Positions 8,844 through 18,602 of a DNA stretch of 64,000 nt are shown here, piece after piece. Location of the stretch: NCBI GenBank assembly GCA_965204755.1, contig OZ242011.1, positions 1,088,001 to 1,152,000 on the forward strand, in the 5' to 3' direction. Origin of the DNA: Candidatus Marinacidobacterium sp. (GTDB lineage Bacteria; Acidobacteriota; Vicinamibacteria; Marinacidobacterales; Marinacidobacteraceae). The notes beneath the pieces are model-generated. The model did not search any database, was not told the origin of the DNA, and was given only the letters and a program-made list of their open reading frames with translations. Made by a program: the position numbers and the translations under genes. Numbering within the stretch: position 1 is the first letter of the stretch; every line of letters starts with the position of its first letter.

Positions 8844-11800
8844 ATGGACGAAACGCGACCCCTGCCGCCACCGCCGGCGGGCGGGGGCCCCCAGCCGGAG
8901 GAGGCCGCCGGCGCCGAGTCCGCGATCGCGGCGACGATCGGCCGCTGGCAGAAAAAACTCCTCCAGTTGGACCGGCGCAACCGGCTGCTCTACTTCCGCG
9001 AAGGCCGTGTCGCGGTCCCGCTGCCAGAAACTTCGCCGGAGCAGATGGCCCAGTGGCTGGACAGTCCTCGGAAGAAGTCGCGGCGCTTCGTCGAACTCGA
9101 CGAGCGTGCCCGCTCCCGGCGTCAAGCCGGGGCGATCCGTACCGGGCTCGAGCCCGCGGAACTCCGGCGGCGGCTGACCGGGCTGCGCCGCCGCAAGCGG
9201 GAATGGCAAGAGGAACAAGGCGTCAATGTGCTGTTCGTCGCTGTCGGCTTCCTCCAGTGGACGGACTTGGACGAAGAACGCGCCTGTTCGCCGCTCGCCC
9301 TCGTCCCCTGCGACCTGATGCGCGCGTCGGTGAGCGGTCCTTGGCGCGTGGAGCCCGTCGGCGATGTCGAGGGGAATCCCACGCTGGCGCACCTGATGAG
9401 GAACAACTTCGATCTCACGCTTCCCGAGTACAAGGAGCAGGGCGTCCCCGATTACCTGGAGGCAGCGCGAGAGGCCGTCGCGCGCAAGGGGGAATGGACG
9501 GTGACGCCGGAAGTCTTTCTCGGCAACTTCGCTTTCTCCAAGATGGCGATGTACGACGACCTGAAACGCATGCGCGAGAACGGCGTGGCCCACCCGCTCA
9601 TCCGGCGGCTCGCCGGGGGCGAACCGAAGGCGGGCGGCGCCGGCACAGATTCCGGTGCCGGCGGCGAGGGGCCCAACCCCCTGCCTCCAGACGAAGATCT
9701 GCCGGGTGGGAGACTCGACGACCTGCTCAAAGTGCGCGACCAGTACACGGTGGAGGACGCCGACTTCAGCCAACTCCGCGCCATCGAGGCGGCCCGCCGA
9801 GGCGACAGCGACCAAGTGATCCACGGCCCTCCCGGAACCGGCAAGAGCCAAACGATCACGAACATCATCGCCTGCCTCTTGGCGGACGGAAAGCGGGTTC
9901 TCTTCGTGAGTGAAAAGACCGCGGCCCTGGATGTAGTCAAGAAGCGGCTCGACGACTGTGGGCTGGGCGTTTTCTGTCTCGACCTCCACAGCGAACGCGG
10001 ACGAAAGAAGTCGGTGTACGAACAGTTGCAGAAGTCGGAGGACAAGTTGAGGGATTCCCGGCGGCGGGTGGACGACGAGTTCCCTTACGACGAACTGGAG
10101 CAGAAGCGGGACGCCCTCAACCGGTTCGTGAGGGCGCTGCACCGAGAGCGCGAACCTCTCGGACGTTCTGTCTTTCGTGTACAGGGCGACTACGCCAAAG
10201 TCCACCACCTCCCCGATGTCGAGTTCGCGGTCGGTGATCTCGCCTCGCTCGACAGGGAACGGTGGAAACGGATCGAAGACGCGTCCCTGAAACTGAGCCG
10301 CCACCTGAAACTCGTCCGGCCGCACGAAGAACGCTGGATCGCCCTCGTCGAGGAGGACGCCTCCCTCGACCTGAGGGATCGAATCCGCACGGCCATGGAT
10401 CAGTTGGGCCAAGCCACCCGCAACGCCCGGAAGGAAGGCACCGCGGCCGCCGAGTGGGTCGGCACCGCGGCACCCAAAACCGTATACGAGTGTTCGAGAC
10501 TGCAGGAAACCTTGGACCACCTGTCCGAAGGTGAGGGAGTGCCGAAAGTCTGGCTCGAGCGCGATGTCCTCCCGCGCCTGGAACGGCTCGCGATCGAGCA
10601 GGAAGAGCGGCAGGGGGAACGCGAGAAACTCGAAGGCGCTACGCGCGGCCTGTTCGGGGAGACGAGACCGGACACGGACTGGGACGACGCGGCGGAGCGT
10701 CTTCGGCGAATCGCGGCGGATGCCCGGGCCTTCACGGAGGTGCTCGGCGCCGACTGGCAGCGCCGAGTGCTACCGAACGCCGCGCAGCGTCTCGAACAGT
10801 GCGGCGCCTTGGAATCGGCGGCGCGAGAGGCAGTTCGGGCTGCCGACAGTCTCGGCAGCCTCCTGCCCGGTGAGCGGCCGAAGACCGGATCCGAGTTTGA
10901 GGCCGCGATCACGGCCGCCGACAGTCTGGTGAATCTCTTTCCGGCACCGTCGCGCTGGTTGCGCCCGAGGGGGCTCGAGGAAGCGCGGAAGTCCCTCGGA
11001 GCGCTGGAGAAAGACCTCAGGGCGCTCGATGAAGTGGAGACGGGACTGTTTGCCGACTTCGACGAAGAGATCCTCGCTGTCGTGAATTGGCCGATGGTCC
11101 AGCGATTCCGGAACGAGTACCGCAGTTGGTCCAGGCGATTCTGGCCCAACTCGCCGTATCGCCGGGACCGGAGGAATCTGCGCGGGGCAGACCGGTCAGC
11201 CAAGAAGCGAGGTTACGAGGACTGGCGACGCGCCGTAGAGCGTGCCTGGGCTCTTCGACTTCTTCGGAACGAATGGAAACGCGAGGCGAAGGCGTTCGAG
11301 ACAGTGTTCGGCGATCGATTCCGGGGCAGGAAGACCGACCCGGAAGCGCTCCGCGGGGCTCTCGACGAGTTCGAAGGACTCTCCAAGCGATGTTTCGACG
11401 ACCCGAAACTGCGGCAGGTGCTGACCGACGAAGGGCGACACGACGAATTGCGGGCACTCCTCCCCAACGCTAAAAATCGCGCCGGCACCTTCCGGGAGAC
11501 CGTGACTGCCCTCGGACTCGCTTCCGTCCCTCCCTCGGCCGTCGCGCCGGCAGGGAAGTGCAACGACTTCGAGGCGTCGCTGGCAGACTTGGCCGACACC
11601 GCATCCCGCGCACTCGACCCGCTGCGAAAACTCGTGGAACTCTTGGACGAAGTCGGTAGCGGATTCCGAACACCCCCGGACGACCTTTCGGTCCTCATGG
11701 AGCGGATCAGGCAGATGGCTGCCCTCGCGCGAGTGGAGCATCAAGACCGCGCCGACGAACCCAAACTCCAAGCGGACTTCGGCCCGAGGTTCACCGGGCC

Positions 11801-13928
11801 GGACACCGATTGGCCGGCGATCCGGGAGGCGATCAACTGGACGAGGCAAGCACTCAGACGGGACTGGCGCCCGCCGAAACCGGCCTACGCTGCGCATCTC
11901 GTGACCCCGCGGAAACCCGATGAATACAAACGCCGAGCCGAGTCCCTCCGCAAGACCGCCCGGGCAGTGGAGAGCCTCCACGAAGCGTCATGCTCCTTCT
12001 TCGACCCGGAGATCCGTCCCTGGCCCGACGGCCGCAACACGCGCTTCGACGACTTGATCGATTGGGCCGACGAATGCTCCCGATCCGCCTCGACCGTGAG
12101 CATGTGGCTGGACTATCGGGACGCCGTGAGGACTCTCGAGGAACTCCTGAGTCCGGGGCTGGTAGACCGGATCCGCCAAGTCACGGACGACGAGAGAAAA
12201 GTGCCCGGAATCATCCGCCGCCGCCTCTGCCGCACCTGGCTGGACGACGCCTACCGCTCAACGCCTGAACTCACCGGTTTCAACCCGACCGATCACACAC
12301 ACCTGCGCTGGGATTTTCGCGAACTCGACAGCAAACAGTTCGAAGCGAGCCGGCAGCGAGTTCAGACGCGTTGCTTCCGAAACTATCCTGACACATCTCT
12401 TTACACCGAGAACCTCAAAATCCTGAGAAAGGAACTCAACAAGACGCGCGGCCAAGAATCGGTGGGAGAGTTGCTCAGCCGCATTCCCGGCGTGATCCAG
12501 GCCCTCAAGCCATGCATGTTGATGAGCCCATTGGCAGTCAGCCAATACCTCAAATGGCGTGACTTGCATTCCGAGCGGATCGAGTTCGACACCGTGATCT
12601 TCGACGAAGCGTCACAGGTCTTCCCCGAGGACGCGGTGCCGGCCATCGCCCGCGCCAAGCGCACGATCCTCGCCGGAGACGCAAGGCAACTCCCGCCGAC
12701 GAACTTCTTCCGGGCGAGCCAAGACGACGAGGAAGACCGCGAGGTGGACGACGAAGACGAGGAAGGCCCTTCCGACCAAATGGAAGGGCAGGAGAGCATC
12801 CTCGATGTCATGCACTCGATGGTGGGCAGCGGCGTCCGAGAGCAGCACCTCACCGTCCACTACCGTAGCCGCCACCAGGACCTGATTCGGTACTCCAACC
12901 ACCACTTCTACGACAACCGCTTGCTGGTCTTTCCGAGTCCCGGCCGCGACACTTCCCTCGGGATGCGTGATGTCGCGGTTCCCGAAGGTCGCTACGAGGC
13001 CGGCGCTTCGCGCACGAACCCCATCGAGGCGGAGAAGGTCGTAGATCTCGTGTTCGAAACCATGGAGACCAGCCTCCCGAACGAGAGCGTCGGCGTCGTC
13101 GCGCTCTCGAGGGCGCAGGCGGGCCTGATAGACAGGCTGGTGATGCAGCGCCGCCTCGAACGCCGCGACCTCGACGACCGCTTCAGCGAGTCAGCGCACG
13201 AACGGTTCTTCGTCAAGAACCTGGAGAATGTCCAAGGCGACGAGCGCGACCACATCATCCTGAGCATCGGCTACGGTCCCACACTCGGATCGGAACGCCC
13301 GCCGCAACGATTCGGTCCCATCAACCAGGAAGGGGGCAAGCGGCGCCTCAATGTCGCTGTCACCCGTGCGCGCCGAACGATGACCTTGGTGCACTCCCTG
13401 CGCGCCGACCAGATCTCGGAGCACTCGCGGACAGACGGCCCGCGGTTGCTCAAGCGCTATCTCGAGTACGCCGCCAACCCCCGCCAAGCGTTCGAGCAGG
13501 AGGCGACCGACGATCCGGACGCGGAACCGGAGTCCCCGTTCGAGGCGGCGGTACTCAAGGCACTTCGTAGCCGAAGACACCAAGTCGTACCCCAAGTCGG
13601 CGTGTCCGGTTACCGGATAGATCTCGGGATTCGAGCCGAGAGCGGCGCCGGTTTCGACTTGGGCATCGAATGCGACGGCGCCCGGTACCACAGCGCGCCG
13701 GCGGCCCGGGATCGCGACCGCATCCGGCAGGATGTACTCGAAGGCTTGGGCTGGACGATCCACCGCGTCTGGTCCACCGCTTGGGCGCGGAATCCGGACG
13801 AGGAACTCCAGAAGATCGAGACAGCCCTCGAGAAGGCCCGGTTCCAAAACTCGCTCAACTGGGACGAACTGATGGGGGATGTGAGTAAGCAGCTGAAGGA
13901 CCACGACGCCGACCCCGATCCCCAGTAG
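8844..13928 (+). CDS. Hhe-like defence protein: DUF4011 + SF1 (Upf1/DNA2-like) helicase + Vsr/MTES_1575-like nuclease
   Basis: WQKKLLQLDRRNRLLYF (DUF4011), DADFSQLRAI, HGPPGTGKSQTITNII, VLFVSEKTAALDVV, MMSPLAVSQYL-like LMSPLAVSQYL, IFDEASQ, GDARQLPPT, HYRSRH, KNLENVQGDERD, RRLNVAVTRAR; C-terminal ESPFE..QVGVSGYRIDLG..GIECDGARYH..RDRDRIRQDVLEGLGWTIHRVWS. Less extreme GC3 than its neighbours. Confidence 0.9.
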   Translation: MDETRPLPPPPAGGGPQPEEAAGAESAIAATIGRWQKKLLQLDRRNRLLYFREGRVAVPLPETSPEQMAQWLDSPRKKSRRFVELDERARSRRQAGAIRTGLEPAELRRRLTGLRRRKREWQEEQGVNVLFVAVGFLQWTDLDEERACSPLALVPCDLMRASVSGPWRVEPVGDVEGNPTLAHLMRNNFDLTLPEYKEQGVPDYLEAAREAVARKGEWTVTPEVFLGNFAFSKMAMYDDLKRMRENGVAHPLIRRLAGGEPKAGGAGTDSGAGGEGPNPLPPDEDLPGGRLDDLLKVRDQYTVEDADFSQLRAIEAARRGDSDQVIHGPPGTGKSQTITNIIACLLADGKRVLFVSEKTAALDVVKKRLDDCGLGVFCLDLHSERGRKKSVYEQLQKSEDKLRDSRRRVDDEFPYDELEQKRDALNRFVRALHREREPLGRSVFRVQGDYAKVHHLPDVEFAVGDLASLDRERWKRIEDASLKLSRHLKLVRPHEERWIALVEEDASLDLRDRIRTAMDQLGQATRNARKEGTAAAEWVGTAAPKTVYECSRLQETLDHLSEGEGVPKVWLERDVLPRLERLAIEQEERQGEREKLEGATRGLFGETRPDTDWDDAAERLRRIAADARAFTEVLGADWQRRVLPNAAQRLEQCGALESAAREAVRAADSLGSLLPGERPKTGSEFEAAITAADSLVNLFPAPSRWLRPRGLEEARKSLGALEKDLRALDEVETGLFADFDEEILAVVNWPMVQRFRNEYRSWSRRFWPNSPYRRDRRNLRGADRSAKKRGYEDWRRAVERAWALRLLRNEWKREAKAFETVFGDRFRGRKTDPEALRGALDEFEGLSKRCFDDPKLRQVLTDEGRHDELRALLPNAKNRAGTFRETVTALGLASVPPSAVAPAGKCNDFEASLADLADTASRALDPLRKLVELLDEVGSGFRTPPDDLSVLMERIRQMAALARVEHQDRADEPKLQADFGPRFTGPDTDWPAIREAINWTRQALRRDWRPPKPAYAAHLVTPRKPDEYKRRAESLRKTARAVESLHEASCSFFDPEIRPWPDGRNTRFDDLIDWADECSRSASTVSMWLDYRDAVRTLEELLSPGLVDRIRQVTDDERKVPGIIRRRLCRTWLDDAYRSTPELTGFNPTDHTHLRWDFRELDSKQFEASRQRVQTRCFRNYPDTSLYTENLKILRKELNKTRGQESVGELLSRIPGVIQALKPCMLMSPLAVSQYLKWRDLHSERIEFDTVIFDEASQVFPEDAVPAIARAKRTILAGDARQLPPTNFFRASQDDEEDREVDDEDEEGPSDQMEGQESILDVMHSMVGSGVREQHLTVHYRSRHQDLIRYSNHHFYDNRLLVFPSPGRDTSLGMRDVAVPEGRYEAGASRTNPIEAEKVVDLVFETMETSLPNESVGVVALSRAQAGLIDRLVMQRRLERRDLDDRFSESAHERFFVKNLENVQGDERDHIILSIGYGPTLGSERPPQRFGPINQEGGKRRLNVAVTRARRTMTLVHSLRADQISEHSRTDGPRLLKRYLEYAANPRQAFEQEATDDPDAEPESPFEAAVLKALRSRRHQVVPQVGVSGYRIDLGIRAESGAGFDLGIECDGARYHSAPAARDRDRIRQDVLEGLGWTIHRVWSTAWARNPDEELQKIETALEKARFQNSLNWDELMGDVSKQLKDHDADPDPQ

Positions 13929-14384
13929 CCGCAGATGCCGACGGCCCGACGGGCTCGCCACGCGAGGCGGACGCCTCCGAGAAGTGGGCGGGAGCGGAGA
14001 CGGGGCGCCTTCAAGGCTTGCGGTGCTGCGCCGTCCGGTGACATCACGGTAGGCCCAAGTCTCCTCTCGGACATGCCTGCCTCCCTTCGGCGGCTCGTGT
14101 GGCGAAGGCCCGATCCACGAAGCGCTGGTTGTGGCGCCCATCGGTGGCCGCCACGGCATCCGACGCGCTGGGGAGCGGATGGTCGCTCGCATTGAGAGGG
14201 TGATGCCGAGAGGAGCCCCACCGGCTCGGAACCTCCCGCCGCCGGCGGGCAGGCGCGACGGGCGGAGCGCGGCCACACGCTCCAGCGAGGCGGGGCCGGG
14301 CGCCACACTCCCAGCCGCTCCGGCCGCCTGCGAACGAGCGGGGACGCCCTGGTCGCCGCCGACGCGTAAGCGGCCCCCTCCCCG

Positions 14385-14398
14385 GCTCCCGTAGAATC
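14385..14398 (+). repeat. 14-bp direct repeat copy 2 (GCTCCCGTAGAATC); probable -10 element of the acyl-CoA ligase operon
   Basis: Identical to 8810-8823; TAGAAT at 14392, GGAGG RBS and ATG 14422 follow. Confidence 0.75.
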
Positions 14399-14421
14399 GC
14401 CCCTTCCGGAGGAACCCGGTC

Positions 14422-16212
14422 ATGGCAGAAATCGGAACGCTGAACCAACTGCTCAGGCAGGCCTGCGAGCGGAAGGGCGACGGCCCGGCGCTCCTGCACA
14501 AGAGCGGCGGCGAGTGGAAGACGGTCACCGGAAGCGGCTGGCTGGACGAAGCCCGCGACGCCGCCATGGGGCTCGCCGCGCAGGGCGTCGGCCGGGGCGA
14601 CCGGGTGGTGCTGCTCTCGGAGAACCGCGTGGAGTGGTTCACCATCGAGGCGGCGCTCCAGATCCTCGGCGCGGTCACCGTCCCGATCTACCCGACCCTG
14701 ACCGCCAAGCAGGCCGCCTACATCGCCCGGGACTCCGGCGCGAAGGCGCTCATCGCCGGCGGCGCCGACCAGCAGGCCAAGTTGGCCTCGGTGATGGGCG
14801 ACCTCCCCGACGCGAGCGTCCGCATCGGCCTCGACGCCCCCCTCGCCGAAGGCTTCTCCGGCAGCGACTGGGCCTCCGTCCGGGAAGCCGGCCGAGCCGC
14901 CCGCAAGGCCGACCCCGAAGGCCCGGAGAAGTCCGCCGCCGCCGTCCAACCGGACGACCTGGCCACGATCATCTACACATCGGGCACCACCGGGAACCCG
15001 AAGGGCGTGATGCTCACCCAGGCGAACCTGGTGCAAAACGCCCTGGTCTCGGCGAAGGTGCTCGCCTTCCGGGAAGACGACCTGGCGATGTCGGTGCTGC
15101 CGTACAGCCATGTCTTCGCCCGCATGGTGGCGCACTACCTCTACCCGCACTGCGGCGTCCCCATCGCCATCGCCGAGAGCATGGACAAACTGGTCGAGAA
15201 CATCGGCGAAGTGAAGCCGACGATCATGGCCTGCGTGCCGCGCTTCTACGAGAAGATGCGCGACCGGGTGCTCGAGTCGGCGGCCGCCGGCAGCCCGCTG
15301 AAGCAGAAGATCTTCCACTGGGCCTTCCGCGTGGGCCACGAGATGGGCCGTTGCCGCCAGGAGGGCGAAACCCCCGGCGCCGGGCTCCGCTTCCGCTACG
15401 GCGTGGCGACGAAACTGGTCTTCTCCAAACTGCACGCGCGCCTCGGCGGCCGGATGCGGCTCTTCGTCTCCGGCGGCGCGGCGCTTCCCCGGGAAGTCGC
15501 CGAGTTCTTCCTGGCCGCCGGCTGGCTGGTCATCGAGGGTTACGGCCTGACCGAGACCAGCCCGGTCATCGCGGTGAACCGCCCGGACGACTTCCGCTTC
15601 GGCACCGTCGGCAAGACCGTCGAAGGCGTGGAAGTGAAGATCGCCGACGACGGCGAGATCCTCTGCCGGGGCCACAATGTCATGAAGGGCTACTACGGCG
15701 ACCGGACGGCCACCGACGAAGTGGTCCGCGACGGCTGGTTCCATACCGGCGATGTCGGCGAAGTGGATTCGGACGGTTTCCTCCGCATCACCGACCGCAA
15801 GAAGGACCTGCTGGTGACCGCCGGCGGCAAGAATGTCGCGCCGCAGCCGATCGAGGGCGTCATCAAGACCAGCCCGGTGATCGCCGAAGCGGTCATGGTC
15901 GGTGACGGCAAGCCCTACCTCTCGGCGCTCATCGCCCCCGACTTCGAGCAACTCAAGACCTGGTGCGAGGAAAACGGCGTCGAAACCGCGTCCTCCGAGG
16001 CCATGGCGGGGAACGAGAAGGTGCAGGCGCACCTGATGGCGGAAGTCGAACGGCTGGGCGGGGACCTGGCTTCGTTCGAACGCGTCAAGAAGATCGCGGT
16101 GCTCGCGGACACCTTCTCCATCGAGGGCGGCGAACTCACGCCGACGCTGAAGGTGAAGCGGCGCGTGGTCACCGAGCGCTACGCCGACCGGATCGAAGCC
16201 CTGTACTCCTGA
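14422..16212 (+). CDS. fadD: Long-chain fatty acid-CoA ligase (AMP-binding)
   Basis: IIYTSGTTGNPKGVMLT, EGYGLTET, GWFHTGDVG, ITDRKKDLLVTAGGKNVAPQPIE, ELTPTLKVKR. Confidence 0.93.
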   Translation: MAEIGTLNQLLRQACERKGDGPALLHKSGGEWKTVTGSGWLDEARDAAMGLAAQGVGRGDRVVLLSENRVEWFTIEAALQILGAVTVPIYPTLTAKQAAYIARDSGAKALIAGGADQQAKLASVMGDLPDASVRIGLDAPLAEGFSGSDWASVREAGRAARKADPEGPEKSAAAVQPDDLATIIYTSGTTGNPKGVMLTQANLVQNALVSAKVLAFREDDLAMSVLPYSHVFARMVAHYLYPHCGVPIAIAESMDKLVENIGEVKPTIMACVPRFYEKMRDRVLESAAAGSPLKQKIFHWAFRVGHEMGRCRQEGETPGAGLRFRYGVATKLVFSKLHARLGGRMRLFVSGGAALPREVAEFFLAAGWLVIEGYGLTETSPVIAVNRPDDFRFGTVGKTVEGVEVKIADDGEILCRGHNVMKGYYGDRTATDEVVRDGWFHTGDVGEVDSDGFLRITDRKKDLLVTAGGKNVAPQPIEGVIKTSPVIAEAVMVGDGKPYLSALIAPDFEQLKTWCEENGVETASSEAMAGNEKVQAHLMAEVERLGGDLASFERVKKIAVLADTFSIEGGELTPTLKVKRRVVTERYADRIEALYS

Positions 16213-16242
16213 TTCCCCGGCCCGGAGCGCGCGCGGCGACGA

Positions 16243-17793
16243 ATGGCCACGGCGCCCGACCGTTGGGAAACGGTCATCGGGCTGGAGGTCCATGTCCAAC
16301 TGCGGACGCGGACCAAACTGTTCTGCGGCTGCCCGAACGCCTTCGGCGCCCGGCCGAACGCCCACCTCTGCCCGGTCTGTTACGGCCTTCCCGGCGCGCT
16401 CCCGGTCCCGAACCGGCGGGCGGTGGAACTCGCGGTGCTCGCCGCGCTGGCGCTCAACTGCGAGATCCCCGACGAATCGGTCTTCGAGCGGAAGAACTAC
16501 TTCTACCCGGACCTGCCGAAGGGATACCAGGTCACGCAATTCGAGCGTCCCATCGCGGTGGACGGCTGGCTCTCCATACGGACGGACGGCCCCGACGGCG
16601 GGGAAGAACGCGAACCCCGGCGGATCGGCATCCACCGGGTGCAACTCGAAGAAGACGCCGGCAAACTCATCCATACCGGTTTCCCCGGCGCCGAGGACAA
16701 GAGCGGCGTGGACTTCAACCGCGCCGGCGTGCCGCTCATCGAAGTGGTGAGCCGGCCGGACCTCCGCTCGGCGGAGGAGGCCGGGGCGTACGCGCGGCTC
16801 CTGAAGTCGCGCATGGTCTTCGCCGGCATCTCGGACGCGGACATGGAGAAGGGGAACCTGCGGATCGACGGCAACATCTCCGTGCGTGAACGGGACGGCA
16901 GCGAAAACGGTGGGGAAGACGGCGGGAAACTCGGCGCTCGCGTCGAACTCAAGAACCTGAACTCGTTCCGCTACCTGGAGCGGGCGATCCGCTTCGAGGA
17001 GGAACGCCACCGGTCGCTCCTCGCGCGCGGCGAACCGGTCGCGGTGGAAACGCGCCTCTACGACGAGTCCAAGGGCCGGACCGAAGCGATGCGGAGCAAG
17101 GAAGAGGCGGAGGACTACCGCTACTTCCCCGACCCGGACCTGCCGCCGCTCCGACTCCCCGCCGGTCTCGTGGACGAGCAGCGGCGCCGTCTGCCGGAGT
17201 TCCCCGACGAACGCGCCGCCCGGTACCGCTCGGAGCACGGCGTCGCCGCCGACCAGGCGGAACGGATCGCCGCCCGCCGGGAGATCGCCGAGTACTACGA
17301 GACCGCGCTCGCCGCCGCGGTCGAAGCGGGATCCCCGACTCGGGAGGCGGCGGCCACCGCGGCGCGCTGGGTCACCGGCGATGTCGTCGCCCGGGAGAAA
17401 CAGGACGGCCGGCTGGCGGTGGACCCCGCCCGCCTCGGGCGGCTCCTCCACCTCCGGACCGCGGAGGAGATTCCCCGGAGCGCCGCCCGGAAGGTCTTCG
17501 CCGCGATGTGCGAGACCGGCCGCGAAGCCTCCGACCTGATCGCGGAACTCGGACTCGACGAGGCCGCGGGGGGCTCCGAACTCGACGCGCTGGCCGCCCG
17601 GCTGGCTGCGGAACACCCGGCGGATCGGGATTCGTACCGCGCGGGCAACCGCAAGGCCATCGGCGCCTTCATGGGCCGCGCGATGCGCGAACTGGGAGGA
17701 CGCGCCGCCGCCCGGGAGGTGCGCGCCGCGCTGGAGCGGGCGCTCGCCCGGGACGACGACCTGCCGCCCCCGGAGGGGGCCGGCGGCGAGTGA
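16243..17793 (+). CDS. gatB: Asp/Glu-tRNA amidotransferase subunit B
   Basis: VIGLEVHVQL, PGALPV, RKNYFYPDLPKGYQVTQ, LEEDAGK, DFNRAGVPLIEVVS, RVELKNLNSF, MRSKEEAEDYRYFPDPDLPP. Confidence 0.97.
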   Translation: MATAPDRWETVIGLEVHVQLRTRTKLFCGCPNAFGARPNAHLCPVCYGLPGALPVPNRRAVELAVLAALALNCEIPDESVFERKNYFYPDLPKGYQVTQFERPIAVDGWLSIRTDGPDGGEEREPRRIGIHRVQLEEDAGKLIHTGFPGAEDKSGVDFNRAGVPLIEVVSRPDLRSAEEAGAYARLLKSRMVFAGISDADMEKGNLRIDGNISVRERDGSENGGEDGGKLGARVELKNLNSFRYLERAIRFEEERHRSLLARGEPVAVETRLYDESKGRTEAMRSKEEAEDYRYFPDPDLPPLRLPAGLVDEQRRRLPEFPDERAARYRSEHGVAADQAERIAARREIAEYYETALAAAVEAGSPTREAAATAARWVTGDVVAREKQDGRLAVDPARLGRLLHLRTAEEIPRSAARKVFAAMCETGREASDLIAELGLDEAAGGSELDALAARLAAEHPADRDSYRAGNRKAIGAFMGRAMRELGGRAAAREVRAALERALARDDDLPPPEGAGGE

Positions 17794-18458
17794 GTCGGGA
17801 GACCGACGCCGGCGAAGAACCGGCGGGACCGCCGAGGCCCCTGGCCCTGATCGCCGGCTGGACCTGCTCCGGCAAGACCCGGTTCGCCCGGGCCCTCGCC
17901 GAGGAACTCCGCCCGGCGACCGCCGCCGTCCTCTCCCAGGACGACTACTACCGGGACACCTCGCACCTCACCCACGCCGAGAAGGTGCGCGTGAACCACG
18001 ACCTGCCGGAGGCCCTCGACCTGACGCTCTTCGCCGAGCACCTGGCGACGCTCTGCGCCGGCGGAGGCGTCCCCCGGCTGGCCTACGACTTCGCCACCGG
18101 CGCGCGCCGCGCCGAGGGGAAGCGCGGCCCCGCCGACTTCGTGATCGCCGAGGGCGTCCGGGTGTTCCGGCTCGCGCCGCCCGCCCACCGACCGGTCCTC
18201 CGGGTGCTGCTGGAAGGCGCCCCGGAGCGCCTCCTCGCCCGCCGGATCCGGCGCGACACCGGCGAGCGCGGCTACACCGAGGCGGAGACCCGCCGCCGAT
18301 TCGCCGAGATGGCCCTCCCCGCCCAGCGCCACGCCCTCTCCGGCGCCGAAGCCGCGGCGGACTTCGTGTTCCCGATGGACTGGGGCGACGCCGAGGTCGC
18401 CGCCGCCGCCAACCGCCTCGCCGGCGATACTTCGCGCCCCGACCGGCCCCGGGCCTGA
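17790..18458 (+). CDS. udk: Uridine kinase-like P-loop kinase
   Basis: IAGWTCSGKT, LSQDDYYRD, NHDLPEALD, YDFATG, VIAEG, RRIRRDTGERG; GTGA overlap with gatB. Confidence 0.75.
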   Translation: MSRETDAGEEPAGPPRPLALIAGWTCSGKTRFARALAEELRPATAAVLSQDDYYRDTSHLTHAEKVRVNHDLPEALDLTLFAEHLATLCAGGGVPRLAYDFATGARRAEGKRGPADFVIAEGVRVFRLAPPAHRPVLRVLLEGAPERLLARRIRRDTGERGYTEAETRRRFAEMALPAQRHALSGAEAAADFVFPMDWGDAEVAAAANRLAGDTSRPDRPRA

Positions 18459-18602
18459 GCGCCGCCGGCCCCCCGGCCCGCGCGCCGCCGACCCCCCAGC
18501 CCGCGCGCCGCCGGCCCCACCCGCCCGAGCACCCCCAGCCCGCCCGGCCGACGAAGGCCCGGCGCGCGCCCCGACATTCCCCCCACCGGGAAGGAACCCA
18601 CA

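Noticed and set aside
7185-10520. Very long antisense or alternative-frame ORFs (e.g. 7185..10520-, 14044..17616-, 21325..24075+, 50348..54328+, 55641..58769-)
   Set aside because: Shadow ORFs expected at this GC content. They lie opposite or over genes with clear family motifs and are Arg/Pro/Gly-rich without motifs. Only the 3' end of 50348..54328 (the sigma factor) is real.
13929-14384. Possible gene remnant or ncRNA downstream of the helicase (minus-strand HNQRFVDRAF peptide)
   Set aside because: Too short, interrupted by stops, and no recognisable RNA family; kept only as part of the repeat-bounded insert.
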